A stretch of DNA of 63,917 bases, the filler included, from Octopus bimaculoides (taxonomy: Eukaryota): the NCBI RefSeq assembly GCF_001194135.2. It is 3 parts of 3 records of this genome, joined end to end, with 100 filler letters (N's around TTAATTAATTAA, not from the genome) between each part and the next. Parts side by side here need not be neighbours in the genome. Positions count along the whole stretch, not along the records: positions 38,726 to 63,917 come from NC_068981.1; 2 more parts are not named here. One strand, given 5' to 3'. The position numbers were made by a program, and so were the translations under genes. Numbering within the stretch: the stretch's first letter is position 1; every line of letters begins with the position of its first letter. The notes under the pieces are model-generated. The model was given only the letters and a program-made list of their open reading frames with translations, was not told the DNA's origin and did not search any database. Of the stretch, positions 61,367 to 63,917 are shown piece by piece.

Positions 61367-61934
61367 NNNNNNNNNNNNNNNNNNNNNNNNNNNNNNNNNN
61401 NNNNNNNNNNNNNNNNNNNNNNNNNNNNNNNNNNNNNNNNNNNNNNNNNNNNNNNNNNNNNNNNNNNNNNNNNNNNNNNNNNNNNNNNNNNNNNNNNNNN
61501 NNNNNNNNNNNNNNNNNNNNNNNNNNNNNNNNNNNNTATATATATATGTACGCATGTATGTTCACATATATTATACCGTCAATGATTTTTTTTAAAGTAT
61601 TGGCATTTTTTCTTAGCTTGCAATTGCCAGTGGATACTTGTTACTGTCAAATTCCACCGCAACTACTGGACGAATTTCGTCTGCTACTGGTGTTTTTTTT
61701 TAACACTGTATGCATGTAAGAGATATCTCAGAAAGGAAGGATGAATACCTTACTTAATTTGGCTTTCTGTGATGTACCTGTATTAAGTATGATAAACAGG
61801 TTGCTATTTTCAACTAATTTCTGTTGCATACAATGCGTGGCTCAGTAGTTAGCTTATTTGGTTCCTGATCGTAAGGTCTTAAGTTCTATTCCTGGCGGTG
61901 CGTTGTGTCTTTGAGCACAACACTTTGTCGACGT

Positions 61935-62340
61935 CCAGCTAGGGGCTCCATCCTCACAGAATCGTCCTGGACAGCTACGTCTGCAGTGGGATCAAAAACA
62001 TCAGAACTGGTGATATCAGCATTGGAGGACTGTAGTCTTCTCTGACGAAAGTCGATACTGCATTCTTGTGGGGGATGGCAGGGCTAGGGTTTGGAGAAGA
62101 AGGGGTGAACATCATGCCTATGACTGTGTGGTGGAAAGAGACTCATGGGGAAAACAGAGCATCATGGTATGGGGCAGGATTGCACTCAACCAGAAACTTG
62201 GACAACTGCAGCACATCTCACTGTATGTTTTAAGTGTGGGCTACTGTCCCCATTGTCTTCATATTATCGTTTGGTGCATTCAATGTACAGAAGATGCCTG
62301 ATGGTAATCAACGCTAACGGAGGTCACATGAGATATTGAG
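61935..62340 (+). mobile_element. Tc1-like transposase, internally deleted
   Basis: HWRTVVFSDESRYCILVGDGRARVWRRRGE...SIMVWGRI joined directly to C-terminal LVHSMYRRCLMVINANGGHMRY*. Confidence 0.85.
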
Positions 62341-62604
62341 TTCATCTCTTTGGATCCAGGACACTCCGTTATCAGGTGACACCATGTGAGACATTTTATC
62401 ATTAGGAAAGAATGGTTTCTTAATTAGCATTCTTCAATTAATGCTATGGCTGTCTGTTAATAAACTGGTTTCCATTTAGTATGTGTGCAACGTTTATTTT
62501 GTGGTTCAATATATACATATTCGCTAAATCATCCATAAATGTTTACGGTAAATATATATATGCTGGCCGACGGAATTAACCGACCATGAGTCGTACGAGT
62601 AGTC

Positions 62605-62651
62605 ACCACTGACGATGTCTACACTATAGACGAAACTAAGCCAAGTCTGGT
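62605..62651 (+). ncRNA. Type I minimal hammerhead ribozyme-like motif
   Basis: ACCA-CTGACGA-T-GTCTA(CACTA)TAGAC-GAA-ACT(AAGCCA)AGT-C-TGGT: core CUGANGA and GAAA, stems I (4 bp), II (5 bp), III (3 bp), GUC cleavage triplet at 62645-62647; one extra U after the core A9. Confidence 0.7.
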
Positions 62652-63917
62652 TGACCCTTGAGACGATCATGGGGTGGTTATCTTCCCTATCAGTATATGT
62701 ATATATTTGCGCTCTTCTTACATCATTAAGAGTATATTAACTCTTATTTCTAGCAATGCAGGTGCTTCAGCACCCTTTGTCACACTTAGTGACGATTGAA
62801 TTTTTCACATTTATGTATCACATTGCGCCTGGCTGCTTACACACACATGCACGCTCACACATGAAACTGTGTGTCAGTATGTATGTGTGTTATCCCACCA
62901 ATTTTTATTTTCATAAAAATATATAAGCGTAACCTACACACTCTGGAAGGTATATATAGAAAATTTCATTAAAAAACATCTATTTTTCTGAAAGACAAAA
63001 GAAATCAAAACGAAACTGCTTACCCCACCCTCGGAAAAATTGCTTCACATTAAACTCAAATGTAATTGTAATCTACACTATCTGAAGCATATTCATAGAA
63101 AATTTCATTTAAAAATATCCATTTTTCTGAAAGTTATGAGGAAACAAAATCACGAGGGTGGGGCGCACACACGTAGATTTGACAGGATTTCTTCTCAATC
63201 TCATCCTTTTTAGTTTTTCCTCCATAAAATTTAAGTCTTTGGTCTTTATCTTTAACCGCAATATTTCAGTGTCGAACGAGAAAAATATGCTCACCCGATG
63301 AAACACTAAGGCTGTCCCTGCCTAACAGGGATGTCTGGTAAGGTCTGAATTTAATGAGATTTTGTTGCTATTTCTAGCAGGTCGAACGACCACATTGAGG
63401 CACCCTACTGGCTGACTTTATAACAACAGATTGGTGCTACAAGGTGTAAGTAAACGGGAGTGTTAAAAAAAAAAAGAATATATACACACATATATGTACA
63501 CCACACTTCCACAAATATATTACTTCCGGCTACGTTCAGTTCACATCAAATTCCTTTCTGGCTTATCAACTTCAACAAGACTCCAGTCACGTGAATAGAA
63601 TTTTCTTTGCGAAAGGGGTCAAGAGAAGGGTTTTTCATTCATCCTTGTTTTTTGAATTACCCACATTTTCCTCGCCCACACAAAATGTTGACCAGATGAC
63701 CTGAAACGAGAGCCTTATATATAAATATATAAATATATATGCACGCACACACATATACACTTTCTTATTTGGGTCACTAGACCATCTGATACCACCACTA
63801 AACCGAAGCAACAAAGAAATAGATAAATAAAAATAAGACCTCAGGGAATTATGGGAGAAAAAAAGTTCTTTTTCTGCCACTTCAACAGTTTTTCTTGTTA
63901 GTTCCAGCAATCTCGTT

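Overview
AT-rich, microsatellite- and SINE-dense animal DNA with many N gaps; the repeat families and D-amino-acid oxidase gene fit a coleoid cephalopod, probably Octopus (inference). One protein-coding gene is well supported: a minus-strand FAD-dependent D-amino-acid/D-aspartate oxidase (DAO/DDO family). Seven coding exons were assembled by hand with canonical GT-AG sites and matching phases (10779-10589, 8090-7982, 7452-7373, 6264-6199, 4764-4710, 2901-2800, 1617-1547; 674 nt, 224 codons + 2 nt). The C-terminal exons lie beyond the left edge of the window. The rest is mostly decayed mobile DNA: R4/Dong-like, Penelope-like, RTE-like and CR1-like retroelement fragments, several tRNA-derived SINE families, Tc1/mariner fragments and MITEs. 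Best leads: a near-canonical type I hammerhead ribozyme (62605-62651); a 9-bp-TSD MITE carrying a captured Tc1/mariner transposase fragment (Pack-MULE-like) in oxidase intron 1; atypical predicted active-site residues in the oxidase; a ~460-bp intronic palindrome; a pre-miRNA-like hairpin (36092-36181); retroelements associated with (AAT)n; and orphan coding-like fragments at 39-45 kb. Two 100-nt gaps contain a TTAATTAATTAA spacer, so the window is stitched from at least three pieces. No CRISPR array, rRNA or true tRNA gene was seen. Most ORF-track entries are microsatellite or gap artefacts. All family names come from recalled motifs, not database searches.
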